DNA of 64,000 nt from an uncultured virus (IMG/VR IMGVR_UViG_3300049791_000126) (lineage: Duplodnaviria > Heunggongvirae > Uroviricota > Caudoviricetes): IMG/VR virus record IMGVR_UViG_3300049791_000126, one strand, 5' to 3'. The notes under the pieces were generated by a model that did not search any database, was not told where the DNA came from, and was given only the letters and a program-made list of their open reading frames with translations. Of this stretch, positions 28,283 through 39,083 are shown one piece after another. Made by a program: the position numbers and the translations under genes. Numbering within the stretch: position 1 is the stretch's first letter; each line of letters begins with the position of its first letter.

Positions 28283-28857
28283 ACCGTTGCTGGAGGCGGC
28301 ACCCAGGCGAGCTTGGTCATCGTGGCCGAGATGTCCTGCGCTGCCTCCTTACAGAACGTGATCACGAGTTCTTGGAATTCTCGGTTCCGGGTGTGGAGTA
28401 GCTGGTGCATCGAGTAGCCGTAGCCCGAGTTGAAGTGGCAGCTCAACCCATTTGGGTTGTACTCGATGTCGAGATGGGGCGCGTTCTGCATCCGCCAGGT
28501 GCGGTCGAAGTAGAAGAACGACATCTCGACGACTGGCGGCCAGGCGTGACTGAGATCACCAAAGGCTCGCCCGCTGAATCCGTAGGGGCAGGTGACGGTC
28601 GCCTTCGCGTCGACCTTCATCACACGGTAGAGCTCGTTCATGAAGTGAATGCGACCGGGTGGGTCGAGGTGTTCGAAGAAGTGCGAGCAGTTCACCTCCT
28701 CGATCTGATCGTCCCCGAACGGCCAGGAGGCTCTGCCGAGATCGAGGAGCAGATCGACGCCGGGCATCTGAAGCTGATCGATGCCGAAGAAACCGGCACG
28801 TTTGTTCTTGCCGCAGCCGAGGTCGAGCTTGGTCACTGATGTGAAATCGGTCGTCAT
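28279..28857 (-). CDS. Class I SAM methyltransferase
   Basis: LDLGCG, SHFFEH and NELYRVMK. Confidence 0.85.
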   Translation of the reverse strand: MTTDFTSVTKLDLGCGKNKRAGFFGIDQLQMPGVDLLLDLGRASWPFGDDQIEEVNCSHFFEHLDPPGRIHFMNELYRVMKVDAKATVTCPYGFSGRAFGDLSHAWPPVVEMSFFYFDRTWRMQNAPHLDIEYNPNGLSCHFNSGYGYSMHQLLHTRNREFQELVITFCKEAAQDISATMTKLAWVPPPATV

Positions 28858-28861
28858 TGAG

Positions 28862-29593
28862 TCACCACATGAAATCGGGGATGCCGAAGTCGCCTTTGAG
28901 ATCGTAGTGACCGACTTTGACCGAGCAGTCGATAGCAAAGCGGTAACCGCATTTTCTAGCGTCGGCGGCGAAGTAGAGATCTTGGGTCGAGACGCCATCC
29001 TTTGTCTGCGTCTTAAACCACGGCCTCCGCAGTCTCTCGTCCTTGAACATCTTCATGCGCCAGAGATTGAAGCCCATCCCGGTGCCGTTGCACTCGACGA
29101 GGCCGCCGGCAGGATCGGGGAGCTGGGGCCGAAAATTCATCAGGGGGTCTTTCACGTCGCCCCAGATTTGAGCGCAGCCGTGCGGCCCCTTGGTGAAGTA
29201 GAGGCCGCCGATGCATGCGTACTCCGGATGCGCTTCCATCTGCTCACAGAGCTTGATGACTCCATCACCCGGAGGCGCGTTGTCGTGCTCGATGGTCAGG
29301 ATGTATTCCCACTGCCCGAGTACGGGATGGTTCACGACCGACTCGATCGCGCTCGAGTAGGCATCTCCCACTTCCATACCGAGCGCGAGCATGCGGTGCA
29401 CCCCGTTGTTCGGGGGGAAGGCGAGGCACAGGTGCGATAGATAGACGCGAGTCGCGATCGTGTCGGCGGCGGGGATGATGACGACGATCCGCTGGTGCTT
29501 CCAAGATCCGCCCTTGAGCAGACGCGCAGTCGTCGCGTCGAGATCGGCGTTATGGGCCCCGCCGACTTCCTGCATGACGATCTGAGGCTTCAT
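28862..29593 (-). CDS. GT-A fold glycosyltransferase
   Basis: IEHDN, GGLYF, GMGFNL, QDLYF and VKVGH. Confidence 0.75.
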   Translation of the reverse strand: MKPQIVMQEVGGAHNADLDATTARLLKGGSWKHQRIVVIIPAADTIATRVYLSHLCLAFPPNNGVHRMLALGMEVGDAYSSAIESVVNHPVLGQWEYILTIEHDNAPPGDGVIKLCEQMEAHPEYACIGGLYFTKGPHGCAQIWGDVKDPLMNFRPQLPDPAGGLVECNGTGMGFNLWRMKMFKDERLRRPWFKTQTKDGVSTQDLYFAADARKCGYRFAIDCSVKVGHYDLKGDFGIPDFMW

Positions 29594-29641
29594 TCCTGAG
29601 CCACGAGCTGTACCAAAGAAGCCGTGGCTTGGGAAGAGCCG

Positions 29642-30352
29642 TCACGCGGTCGTGCACGAGAAGCGGCTCGTCCCTGCAGACACGGAAGCGGGCAGCGACC
29701 AGGCCGAGAAGGCCGAGCCACAGAAGAGCGTCGGATCGTCGGGGGTGCCATTATTTTGCCGAAAGAAGGCCAGGCCCGGATTACCGACGCGAAAGAGCGC
29801 AGCGTCCGTCACTGAGCCGAAGACCGTCTCGACGCCGCCACGGATCATCGACACCGTGACGGTGCCCATGCTGGTACCCGTGTTCAGCGTGAGTTGAGCT
29901 GCTAGGATGTCGCCGTTGTTGATCCCGAAGGCGCTCGCGGTGGACGAAAAATTGGCCACCTCCAGTTCGAGGTAGCGAGCGACGAAGCACAAGATCCCGA
30001 ATTCCCCCAGCGTCAAGTTGATCTCGATGCCATCGGTGTGCGTGTCACCGAAATGCGGGTGCCGTAGCGCGCCGACCGACATACCGAGCAAGATCTCGAC
30101 CTCGAGATCTCCAACCGGCACGCCCGCTTTATGGATCGTCAGCTCAGCGCGATGATCGGATGGAAAGGCTTGCAGGAACGCCTGTGAGTCATTGAAGAGC
30201 GGCGGCACCTGTTGCCACTCGTCTCCGGTCTGCGTTCCAAAAACGAGCCCAGGCGTGCACTGCACCGCGGACTGGAACGGATCGATCCCAGTCGTAAATG
30301 GGGAGGCGAGCTTGGCTTGCGTGCCTGGGAACGTGGTCGAGTAACTGGTCAT
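29642..30352 (-). CDS. Putative beta-sandwich virion protein
   Basis: Beta-prone composition; downstream of the fibre gene. Confidence 0.55.
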   Translation of the reverse strand: MTSYSTTFPGTQAKLASPFTTGIDPFQSAVQCTPGLVFGTQTGDEWQQVPPLFNDSQAFLQAFPSDHRAELTIHKAGVPVGDLEVEILLGMSVGALRHPHFGDTHTDGIEINLTLGEFGILCFVARYLELEVANFSSTASAFGINNGDILAAQLTLNTGTSMGTVTVSMIRGGVETVFGSVTDAALFRVGNPGLAFFRQNNGTPDDPTLFCGSAFSAWSLPASVSAGTSRFSCTTA

Positions 30353-30362
30353 GGGACGGACT

Positions 30363-31079
30363 TCATGCGGTCACGTAGTGATAACCGATAACGTTGCATC
30401 CCGTACCCACTGTCTCGGTAGGCTGCGTCGCTGCCGTCTGCAGCGTCGGGACCGCGGTCCAGTTGCCCGCCGTGCCGCCATTGGTCGTGGCGGTGGCGGC
30501 GTTGAGGAGTTGAAGATAGTGGAGGTTCGTGCCGGCGGGAGCCGTGTCGATATTTTGCGTCGCAGTGAGGAGCGCCGCGTCCGACATCACCACCGCTTGG
30601 CAGAAAAAGTCTCGCACGTCCGCGTCGGTGGCGCTCTCACCGAACTGATCGGTCCCGAGGAAAAGCGATCCCGCGTTCGTGATCTGGGTCGTGAGCGTAA
30701 AAATCACCTGCGCCCAGGTCGTCACATTTTCCAGTCGATAGCGAAGTGTGTAGCTCGCTGAGCCAGAAGCATGGCTGAGCGATATGGCGATCCAGTTGAG
30801 ATTACTCGCCGTGAGCACCGTCTGCGTCTGCACCTCGACGCCGCCGTCGCGAAACACGAACGCTTCCACCGTAGTATTGGCGGCAGCGGAGACGACGATG
30901 CCACCGCCTTCAGAGGCTCCCCCCGTCGACCCCCAGCCCTGGATCGCTGAATCCGCGCCGCCGCCATACTGGCCGGCGTTGCATTTATACCACCCGCCAT
31001 AGGTCCAGTTGCCTGTGATGGTCGGCTGCGTCGCGCTGCTGAGCGACGATCCTCCTGTACACCGAACGCTACTGGCCAT
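30363..31079 (-). CDS. LamG/concanavalin-like lectin-fold protein
   Basis: WTYGGWYK, WIAI and LFLG pattern. Confidence 0.55.
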   Translation of the reverse strand: MASSVRCTGGSSLSSATQPTITGNWTYGGWYKCNAGQYGGGADSAIQGWGSTGGASEGGGIVVSAAANTTVEAFVFRDGGVEVQTQTVLTASNLNWIAISLSHASGSASYTLRYRLENVTTWAQVIFTLTTQITNAGSLFLGTDQFGESATDADVRDFFCQAVVMSDAALLTATQNIDTAPAGTNLHYLQLLNAATATTNGGTAGNWTAVPTLQTAATQPTETVGTGCNVIGYHYVTA

Positions 31080-31083
31080 CGGC

Positions 31084-34000
31084 TTACTGCGTGCTCACAA
31101 ACTTCATGTAGGGGACGACCGTGCCCGATTGCGTGATCGCGCTCATGGCGATCGTCGCCGGGAGCACCGTCTGAGCGGCGGCTGAAAACTCACCGAGCGC
31201 GATCATCCAGTTGGCGCCTGCTCCGACACCGATGGCGTTCGTGCCAGAGTTCGAGGAGGCTGAGCCCAAGGGGGCCAGGTTCGTGAGCGTCATGGCGTTT
31301 CCGATATAGCTCTGGCGAAAGCCCGGATCGTTGGAGGAGCTTGATTGGCGTTCGAAGAGCCCAAGCCAGTACTGACCAGGGCTCAACGTCGATCCCACCG
31401 GGAACTGCAGGAGGTTCATGCCGATGTAGTTCGTACCGACGGTCCCGCTCGTCGTGCGCGTGCCGTAAGAGTTCGAGGCAGTGGTCGTCGGTTGATTGAT
31501 CGTGAACGACACCCCGTTTACGCTGAGACCCATGCTGTAGGTGAGGCTCGTCAGTGTCCCGAGCGTGCTAGAATTATTTCCGGTGCCGCGTGAATAGATC
31601 GCGTACTGATTGGTGATGGACACCGATCCAGCAACCGCGACCAGCCCCACGAACGACACCGACTGCACGACGTTGAGCCAGCCAGCCGCGACGTGCACCG
31701 GGATCACGAATGGAATGAGTCGCGCATTTCCAGAAGTGCCGGTCTGCGCTGAGAGCGCTGCCGTGCCCGTGTTGTGCATCGGGTAAGGCTCGAAGGTCGA
31801 GATGACCGGGGACGAAATGTCGATGGATCCGTTCGAGAAGCCGACTGAGATGCCGCCCAGGCCGTTGAGCGAGAGCGTGCGCGCATCGAAGGTGCTGCTC
31901 GAATTCTGGGTCGTATTGCCAACCGCAAACCAGCCTTCAGTCTGATTGGTCTGCGAAGCGACGGACGCCGTGATCGTCGTCGCTCCGGCCGAGCCGAAGG
32001 TCACGCCGTTCGAATTCACGAAAGAGACGGTGCCGTTCGGGACAGAGAGATCGATGGAGCCGTTCGAGAAGCCCGCGCTGATGGCGCCAATCGCGTTGAA
32101 CAGCAAGCTGCTCAGCGCAAGGGACGTGCTCGAGTTCTGCGTCGTATTGCCCGTCGCAAAGAACGTCGCCGCCGTCCCACCTCCGCCACCACCGGTTGCG
32201 CCGCTGATCACCATCGATCCGTTGGTGAAGCCGACCGATACGCCGCCCGCGCCCTGGAACGAAAGACTCCGCGCATCCACCGTCGTCGAGCTCGAGGCGC
32301 CCGTCGTTTGGCCAACGGCAAACCAGCCCTCACTCTGTGCGGTTTGCGCAAACGACGCCGTGACCGTCGTCGCATTGGCGGCGGTCGACGTGCCGAAGAC
32401 GACGTTGTTGGCGTTCGAGAAAATGAGCGATTGGCCAGCGACCGATAGATCGACAGAGCCATTCGAGAAACCGATGCTGAGGACGCCGAGGCCGTTGAAG
32501 GTGACGCTCCGCGCGTCGAAGCTTCCAGATGTGTTCTGGGTCGTGTTGCCGGTCGCGAAGAAGCTCAGCGTATTGACGCCGCCGGTGCCGGCCGCACCTT
32601 GGAAGCCTTGGAATCCCTGCGCGCCCGTCGCGCCTTGGAATCCCTGGGCTCCCTGAAAACCCTGCGCGCCGGTGTTACCCGTCGCGCCCTGAAACCCTTG
32701 AGCTCCCGTCGCGCCTTGGGCGCCAGTGGCTCCCTGAAACCCTTGGGCCCCTTGGAAGCCCTGCGCGCCCGTGGCGCCCTGCGCTCCTTGGAAGCCGCCA
32801 CCCTGAAAGCCCTGGGCGCCCTGGAAACCCTGCACGCCAGTCGCGCCCTGGTTCCCTTGGGCACCCTGCGCGCCCGTCGCGCCGGTCGCGCCTTGGAAGC
32901 CCTGAGCACCCTGAAAGCCGCCACCTTGGAAACCTTGCGCGCCTTGAAAGCCCTGGGTTCCGGTAGCACCTTGGAAGCCCTGCGCGCCCTGAAATCCCTG
33001 GGTTCCGGTAGCGCCTTGAGCACCCTGGAAGCCGCCACCCTGGAAGCCCTGCGCTCCCTGAAACCCTTGTACGCCGGTCGCGCCTTGGTTTCCTTGAGCA
33101 CCCTGCGCACCTGTGTCGCCGGTCGCACCTTGGTTCCCTTGAGCACCCTGGAAGCCGCCACCCTGGAAGCCCTGCGCCCCTTGAAAGCCCTGGGTGCCGA
33201 TCGATCCCTGGAAGCCCTGCGCTCCCTGAAAGCCTTGCGATCCAGTGGCGCCCTGGAAGCCCTGCGCTCCCTGAAAGCCCTGCGCGCCAGTCGCGCCTTG
33301 GTTTCCTTGAGCGCCCTGCGCACCTGTGTCGCCGGTCGCTCCTTGATTGCCTTGAGCACCCTGGAAGCCGCCGCCCTGGAAGCCCTGCGCTCCCTGAAAG
33401 CCTTGTACGCCGGTCGCACCCTGGGCGCCCTGCGCGCCACCACCAGCGCCCTGCGCGCCGGTGCCACCTTGAGCGCCCTGAAAACCGCCCCCTTGAAAAC
33501 CTTGCGCGCCCTGAAAGCCTTGGACGCCCGTCGCGCCCGTCGCGCCCTGGGCGCCCTGCGTGCCCGCTCCGGTTGCACCTTGATTGCCCTGGGCGCCTTG
33601 CGTGCCCTGCGCGCCTACCCCGCCTTGGTTGCCCTGTGATCCCTGATTTCCCTGAGATCCTGTGGCTCCCTGAGCGCCCTGCGCGCCGACTCCGCCCTGC
33701 GCGCCCTGCGCGCCAGATCCCTGGGCGCCTTGCGCGCCCGATCCGCCCTGAAAGCCCTGCGTCCCCGCCGCGCCTTGCGCTCCCTGAGATCCAGCGCCTT
33801 GCGTGCCCTGGGCGCCCTGGCTACCCTGGACTCCGGTCCCGCCCTGGGCGCCTTGAAAGCCTGCGCCCTGAAAGCCCTGCGCGCCTTGTCGGCCCTGCGC
33901 GCCCTGAAAGCCCTGCGCGCCGATGCTGCCGCCAGTGGCGGGCACCCAGCGGCCAGGGCCCGCGATCGGCACAATGACGAGCGGGGGGTTGGAAGGGGCG

Positions 34001-34164
34001 GTCGAATCGCGGTGGAGCTCGTAATGCTCGTGTTCAGATTCGACATAGGCAAAGCAGCCATCGTCCAGGAGCGTCGTGTTAACGTTCTGGAGCGATTCGC
34101 CTCCGCCGAGGAGCGTCGAGACGGAACCGATATTTCTGCTGGCAACGCTCGATCGATCGGTCAT
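31084..34164 (-). CDS. Collagen-like fibre protein (~1026 aa) with Gly-X-Gln block, four ~42-aa repeats and a C-terminal head
   Basis: [14 protein letters not shown]-terminus identical to the 26805 gene; collagen block about 32590-33925. Confidence 0.92.
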   Translation of the reverse strand: MTDRSSVASRNIGSVSTLLGGGESLQNVNTTLLDDGCFAYVESEHEHYELHRDSTAPSNPPLVIVPIAGPGRWVPATGGSIGAQGFQGAQGRQGAQGFQGAGFQGAQGGTGVQGSQGAQGTQGAGSQGAQGAAGTQGFQGGSGAQGAQGSGAQGAQGGVGAQGAQGATGSQGNQGSQGNQGGVGAQGTQGAQGNQGATGAGTQGAQGATGATGVQGFQGAQGFQGGGFQGAQGGTGAQGAGGGAQGAQGATGVQGFQGAQGFQGGGFQGAQGNQGATGDTGAQGAQGNQGATGAQGFQGAQGFQGATGSQGFQGAQGFQGSIGTQGFQGAQGFQGGGFQGAQGNQGATGDTGAQGAQGNQGATGVQGFQGAQGFQGGGFQGAQGATGTQGFQGAQGFQGATGTQGFQGAQGFQGGGFQGAQGFQGATGATGAQGAQGNQGATGVQGFQGAQGFQGGGFQGAQGATGAQGFQGAQGFQGATGAQGATGAQGFQGATGNTGAQGFQGAQGFQGATGAQGFQGFQGAAGTGGVNTLSFFATGNTTQNTSGSFDARSVTFNGLGVLSIGFSNGSVDLSVAGQSLIFSNANNVVFGTSTAANATTVTASFAQTAQSEGWFAVGQTTGASSSTTVDARSLSFQGAGGVSVGFTNGSMVISGATGGGGGGTAATFFATGNTTQNSSTSLALSSLLFNAIGAISAGFSNGSIDLSVPNGTVSFVNSNGVTFGSAGATTITASVASQTNQTEGWFAVGNTTQNSSSTFDARTLSLNGLGGISVGFSNGSIDISSPVISTFEPYPMHNTGTAALSAQTGTSGNARLIPFVIPVHVAAGWLNVVQSVSFVGLVAVAGSVSITNQYAIYSRGTGNNSSTLGTLTSLTYSMGLSVNGVSFTINQPTTTASNSYGTRTTSGTVGTNYIGMNLLQFPVGSTLSPGQYWLGLFERQSSSSNDPGFRQSYIGNAMTLTNLAPLGSASSNSGTNAIGVGAGANWMIALGEFSAAAQTVLPATIAMSAITQSGTVVPYMKFVSTQ

Positions 34165-34299
34165 GGACGGGGAAGGATTCTTGGCCGCAACGCACACCGC
34201 GGCCTGATCTCTACCGTCCTGATTCGAGCAGCCGCCCGAATCCCGATCGAGTGGGAGAAGCCTATCCCGATGGGGGAGTAGGCCGCAACTTTTTGGGGG

Positions 34300-35730
34300 C
34301 TAAATCTCGACGAGCCCCATCGGCTCGTAGCCGTCTTTCAGGGCGACTAGGTGCGCCTCTACGTACGGGATCGCGTGCTGCTGGTGGAAATCGTCCGGGT
34401 AGAACGTCCGCAGACGAATGGCCTGAAAGCGAGCCTCGAGCCTGCTCAGGTAGCGGGCGTGACCGCGTTTCGTGTAGTACCAGAAAGAATTTTCGTTCCA
34501 GAAGGAGACATGGGTGGGGTCCTGGAAGGCGCCGCGGCCGGCGCTCGCGACCCAGTGGAAATCGCCGCCGTCGGGCGCGACCAGCGTGTCTTTGATGGGA
34601 GTGCGGATCATGGGGCCCGTGGTCGATGGGACGCGGATGAGGAAGAAGCCACCGGGGGCGAGCACCCGGTAGGCTTCGTTCATGGTGTGGACGGGATCTT
34701 TGAGGTGCTCGATGGCGTCGTGGGCGCGGATGACGCCGACGGAATTGTCTTCGAGCGGCCAGCGCTCGTCGAGATTGTGGCCAAGATTGATGTCGAGCGG
34801 CTCGTAGCCGGGGGCAGTATCGATTGCTCCGCAGAGATCGATCATTTTTAGCGGGCCATCGTGCGGCTCCACTCCAGGCGGGGAGACGTAGAGCTCGCCC
34901 TGCGCGAACTTCTCCGCCAGCGCGGTGATGTTGTTGTCGTACACGTTTTGAGTGAGCTGCTGAATGAGCGCGTTGTCTCTTGCCACCGTGTTTCCCGCGT
35001 GGACGCGATAGAAATACAAACACTCGGGAATGTGTTTGAAGGTGAGCCCTGAGAGAAACATGCGCACGATCAGATCGTGGTCGTCGATGACCGGGAGCTC
35101 TGGGTTGTGGCCGCCCACCGCCCAGTACGCAGCCTTCCGCCAAGCGCGGAGGTGATTGGGGGACCACTCGACGCGGCGGAGATTTTGCGGGGTCGCGGGC
35201 GGCTGCACGTGAGCCTGAAGCTCGTGGCCTTGGAAGGTGACGGGGTACGTCTTCCATCCGTATTCAGGGGAGTAGGTGTTCGGGATCCAGCGAGCGTTTT
35301 GATACGCTGTCCGATGCGCTTTGATCTGAACGGGAGTCAGATCCGGATCGCGTTCGATGGCGGCCAGATCGAGCGGGTAGTCCACCTTAAACTCCGCCGT
35401 GTCCGAGTAGACGAAGTCCGCATGCTCGAGGGCCGCGAGGGCTTTCTCGAGTGCGGTTTCGTGGAGCAAGTCGTCGTGGTCGAGCTCGAGGAGGAAGTCA
35501 CACTTGGCGAGCTCGCAGCAGCGGCGCTTGATGGCGCCGATCCCTTGGAGCGCCTCGTCGCTGTAGACCTGCACTCTCGGATCTTTGCGGATCTTCTTCG
35601 GCAGCACGCCGCCATGATTCTCGAGCACGACCCATTCGAAGTCCTGCACGGTCTGCGCCTTCAGCGTCTCCCAAGCGGCTTCGATGTAGTGGTTTCCGGA
35701 GGCAGTGAGCGGAGTGAAGACACTGATCAT
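34300..35730 (-). CDS. GT2 glycosyltransferase fused to a methyltransferase-like domain
   Basis: ISVFTP, ELDHDD, DDHDL, YRVH; C-terminal HDAIEHL...YRVLAPGG...DPTH. Confidence 0.85.
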   Translation of the reverse strand: MISVFTPLTASGNHYIEAAWETLKAQTVQDFEWVVLENHGGVLPKKIRKDPRVQVYSDEALQGIGAIKRRCCELAKCDFLLELDHDDLLHETALEKALAALEHADFVYSDTAEFKVDYPLDLAAIERDPDLTPVQIKAHRTAYQNARWIPNTYSPEYGWKTYPVTFQGHELQAHVQPPATPQNLRRVEWSPNHLRAWRKAAYWAVGGHNPELPVIDDHDLIVRMFLSGLTFKHIPECLYFYRVHAGNTVARDNALIQQLTQNVYDNNITALAEKFAQGELYVSPPGVEPHDGPLKMIDLCGAIDTAPGYEPLDINLGHNLDERWPLEDNSVGVIRAHDAIEHLKDPVHTMNEAYRVLAPGGFFLIRVPSTTGPMIRTPIKDTLVAPDGGDFHWVASAGRGAFQDPTHVSFWNENSFWYYTKRGHARYLSRLEARFQAIRLRTFYPDDFHQQHAIPYVEAHLVALKDGYEPMGLVEI

Positions 35731-35748
35731 AGCGCGCGAGCCTACCGA

Positions 35749-36561
35749 CTACGGATGCGTTTGGATAGTGGGAATGAAGCGCGGTTGGCCCACGACGCGG
35801 TATCGGGTAGGCGTTTTCTCACCCGTCACGATCTCGATATCGATCTCGCCCGCCCCCGTCACCGGGAACTCCAGCGTGTCCGTGTGGAGATGACCCGCAA
35901 TGAAGCGCCCACGCGTCTGCTCCCAGGTGTGCTTCGCCCCCGCGTACGAGCGCCGGTAGAGGTAGTGGTAAATGGAGAGGCCGCGGAGACGCGCGCCCTG
36001 GGCGCGCATGCGGTCGCACCAGTCGATGTCTTCGGCCGGTACGGCGCGGTACGGGAGTGCGGTCTCCGCCCAGCCGCTGATCGTGCCGCCAGTAAACCAG
36101 GGAGCGGGATCGAGATTGGCCTGGAGGCGTCCCGTGAGGAGGAGTTGGGGGGCGGGATCTTGGATGTCGTCGCCGAGCGAGACGAAGTGGCGCTGCTTAC
36201 CGAGCGCATCGTACGAGCGTGCATGGCCAGCGACCTCGTCGAGGTAGCCCGGACCGTACCAGTCATCGTCATCCATCGTCGTGAAGAAACCACCGCCCTG
36301 TTTTTTTATGAAGTCGAGGGCGGCATTCTTGGCGTGGGAGACGTGCTCAGGCGAGTGCAGCACGAGGCACGGCGTAGGCTGCGGAACCGATCCGAGCGCG
36401 CCGCCATTTTCGACGATGATCAGGCGCTTGCCGATGAAGCGCTGCCGCGCAAAGTTCCCGAGTACGCGAGCAAGGTGCCCAGGTCTCGAGAACGGCACCA
36501 CTACCCAGATCTTGTCGATCTGAGATGGGAGCGGCCCCGGGTAGGGCTTGAGCAATGCCAT
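35749..36561 (-). CDS. GT2-like glycosyltransferase
   Basis: VVVPFSRP, MDDDDWY and ED motifs. Confidence 0.75.
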   Translation of the reverse strand: MALLKPYPGPLPSQIDKIWVVVPFSRPGHLARVLGNFARQRFIGKRLIIVENGGALGSVPQPTPCLVLHSPEHVSHAKNAALDFIKKQGGGFFTTMDDDDWYGPGYLDEVAGHARSYDALGKQRHFVSLGDDIQDPAPQLLLTGRLQANLDPAPWFTGGTISGWAETALPYRAVPAEDIDWCDRMRAQGARLRGLSIYHYLYRRSYAGAKHTWEQTRGRFIAGHLHTDTLEFPVTGAGEIDIEIVTGEKTPTRYRVVGQPRFIPTIQTHP

Positions 36562-36734
36562 CAGGTGGCGGGGGGAGGCTCTTCTACGGGCGGGGTCGGT
36601 GGTGCGAGTTCGAGTTGTTCTTCCAGCACGCGGAGGAGCGGCTGGAGCACGAAGATCGCTCGCTTGCCGCCATCTAGTTCAGTCCTGGCTGTGACCGTGG
36701 CTGCTCGGATGGCATCTTCAGTCGCTTGTTCCAT
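36561..36734 (-). CDS. 57-aa hypothetical protein (not in the ORF track)
   Basis: ATG 36734 to TGA overlapping ATG 36561. Confidence 0.4.
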   Translation of the reverse strand: MEQATEDAIRAATVTARTELDGGKRAIFVLQPLLRVLEEQLELAPPTPPVEEPPPAT

Positions 36735-36768
36735 TGCGATCGAAGGTAACTGACTTCAGCTCAGGCGG

Positions 36769-37611
36769 TCAAGTCGTGCCGGTCATCACCAAGATCGAGG
36801 TGAATGGGTTCGGTTGGTTCTGACCGTTGCCGTTGCCGAAGGTGTTCGAGAAGGCGAGATCGCCGGGGTCGGCCACCGTGAAGTCCCAGGCCGGGGGCGA
36901 ACCTTCGCCGGGCGGGATCTTGTAAGCCAGGATGGCGAGTTCGTCACCGACTGCTTGCTCGAAGGTGTACGTCAGCCAGCTCGGACCGCCGTTGTTCGGT
37001 TGAGAGGAATTGACGTAGACGCCTTGCTGCCAGACGCCATCGGCGCCTGATGGCGTCAAGGGCTGCACCCAGACCGGATCGAGCGTCGGCTGCAAACGCT
37101 CGCCAGTGAGGTGGATCGTAGCGGGGAGACCGAACGCGGGCTCGGCCTGCACGAAGGCGCGGGTCTGGCTCGCGCCCGGAAGGAAGAAGCGCTGGTTGAG
37201 TGCGCTCGGGGGCGATACGTTGGCCTGGGGCTGACCGAGACCACTCGTCGTCAGATGGTAGCTCGAGTAGTTTTGCGTCGCGGTCAACAGCCCCTCCGCT
37301 TGGCCCACTCGGTAGTCGCGCACGTTTCTCAGGCGCCAGATCGCCTGGTACTCGTAGAGGGCGTTCACGTCGTAGCCGGCGATTGTTTGCGGGATCCAAA
37401 TCGTGACCCGCGATCCCATCGGGACCGTGATCGCACCGAGGAGGTTCGGGTCGAAGCCCGTCGTGCCTTTTTCGGCGTAGAGATCGAGGACGCCTGGGAA
37501 AGCGATGGGGCGCGTGCCATCCGCGCCCTGGTAGACACGCTCGAAATTCGGGAAGGGCCGGAGGAAGCGGCACATCGACCACTGGGGATCAAACAACACG
37601 ACTTCGCTCAT
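36769..37611 (-). CDS. Putative structural protein
   Basis: 280 aa, beta-prone, heads the fibre/glycosylation run. Confidence 0.55.
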   Translation of the reverse strand: MSEVVLFDPQWSMCRFLRPFPNFERVYQGADGTRPIAFPGVLDLYAEKGTTGFDPNLLGAITVPMGSRVTIWIPQTIAGYDVNALYEYQAIWRLRNVRDYRVGQAEGLLTATQNYSSYHLTTSGLGQPQANVSPPSALNQRFFLPGASQTRAFVQAEPAFGLPATIHLTGERLQPTLDPVWVQPLTPSGADGVWQQGVYVNSSQPNNGGPSWLTYTFEQAVGDELAILAYKIPPGEGSPPAWDFTVADPGDLAFSNTFGNGNGQNQPNPFTSILVMTGTT

Positions 37612-37649
37612 CGGGATACTTTCTTGGGGGGCGGGGCTGGGCTAGCGGA

Positions 37650-37970
37650 TCAGAAGCTCGACTGCACAGTCGTCTTCCGCCACTGTTTGCCGTCCCATTG
37701 GTAGAGGGTGGCCTCTTGGCGGATGCCGGCCGAGTAGTTTGTGAAGGACATGCTGTAGCTGAGCGCGTCCCAGTTGGATAGATACTTCATGGGGGCCCAG
37801 CGGTAGGAACGCTGAGCGGTTGTGTTGTTGATCTTCTCGACCAAGGGCAGGTACCACGCGCTCGTGAGCACGTTGGCGTCGAGCATCGATCCGAGGCCTT
37901 TGAGCCCGCGGCCGAAACGTGAGGGGTCAAGCGGCCGAACGAGGGGATGAGGGGCAGAGGCGTAGCTCAT
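37650..37970 (-). CDS. Hypothetical protein
   Basis: 106-aa ORF containing GLKGLG. Confidence 0.6.
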   Translation of the reverse strand: MSYASAPHPLVRPLDPSRFGRGLKGLGSMLDANVLTSAWYLPLVEKINNTTAQRSYRWAPMKYLSNWDALSYSMSFTNYSAGIRQEATLYQWDGKQWRKTTVQSSF

Positions 37971-37979
37971 GGGGTCCTT

Positions 37980-38414
37980 TCAATCGTCTCGAGCTTGCTG
38001 GGCACGGTAGCCGAGGTAGCCGGCGAGGCCCAGCCCGAGCACGGTCATCACGGTGGTTTTGACGGCTTCTTTGCGGTCGTCGGCGAAGTCCGAGCGCCAG
38101 AGGGAGTTGGCGCGGTAGGCGTTCGAGAGGGCACCGGCGAGGAAGAGGCCAGAGCCGGCTCCCCAGGCGCCGCCGACGAGGGCGCCGGTGCCGACGCCGA
38201 CGCCGACCAGCAGGACAGCAGCGCCAGCGCGGCGGGAGGCCTTCGGATCCGTGGCTGGCGCGGGGGCGGGAAGCGCCTGCTGCATGGGCCGGGGAGCCAT
38301 AATGGGCGGACTCGGCATGGGAGCGGGGGCCGGTGGCTCAGCGGCGGGAGCAGGCGCGTCGTCGCCAAATCCCGGGTACATCGGGCGGGGGCGGTTTTCC
38401 GGATCGAACTCCAT
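37980..38414 (-). CDS. Pro-rich membrane protein
   Basis: Three Gly-rich TM segments; start at MEFDPE is approximate. Confidence 0.6.
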   Translation of the reverse strand: MEFDPENRPRPMYPGFGDDAPAPAAEPPAPAPMPSPPIMAPRPMQQALPAPAPATDPKASRRAGAAVLLVGVGVGTGALVGGAWGAGSGLFLAGALSNAYRANSLWRSDFADDRKEAVKTTVMTVLGLGLAGYLGYRAQQARDD

Positions 38415-38510
38415 GCCCGGGTGAGGATACTCGGGAGCCGGGAGAAACGAAAGTTTTGGGGGTGACCGGGCAGTAAACTGCCTCCTTTGGCCGCATGGTA
38501 TCGTCTCAGT

Positions 38511-39083
38511 ATGAAGAGATTCCAACAGGTGCGTTACGAAACCTCGCTCATCATTCCAGCGATTGGGCTGCCATCCCCTGGCGTGATCGGGAAAGTCTAT
38601 TTCCACGATGCGGACCGCATCCGCTTCGAGCCCTCGGATGGAATGCTCCCAGCCAAGTCGTTCGTGGTTTGGGATCGCGGAAACGCCATGATGCAAGGCG
38701 AGCACGGGTCGTACTGGACCGTAGACCGGCTCGTACTGTCCGAATCAGCCAGAGATCTCGTCCTGCACCAACTCGACATCGGCTGCCGCCTGTACGTCCG
38801 AAATATTTCTTCGAGTCACTTCATTGGTATGAGGGCGCCTGCTCGGGAGGACGAGGACTCACTCATCGCTCAGTTGCAGGACTGCTTCCGCTACAAGGAC
38901 CACACGCGAGAGGATTTCGCGCGCGCGATCAATCTCCTGCGACCCAAGCACCAGGTACTCGATTGGCCGACTACGCCCGCGCGTCAGAGTTGGGATCTGT
39001 CGTTTTACAATCCGACAGACCAGCCAGTGGCGTTCAGCGCTACGATCGCGGGCGAGTACGTCACCACCTTCGATATTGACTGA
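38511..39083 (+). CDS. Hypothetical protein
   Basis: ~190-aa ORF with slightly lower GC. Confidence 0.55.
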   Translation: MKRFQQVRYETSLIIPAIGLPSPGVIGKVYFHDADRIRFEPSDGMLPAKSFVVWDRGNAMMQGEHGSYWTVDRLVLSESARDLVLHQLDIGCRLYVRNISSSHFIGMRAPAREDEDSLIAQLQDCFRYKDHTREDFARAINLLRPKHQVLDWPTTPARQSWDLSFYNPTDQPVAFSATIAGEYVTTFDID

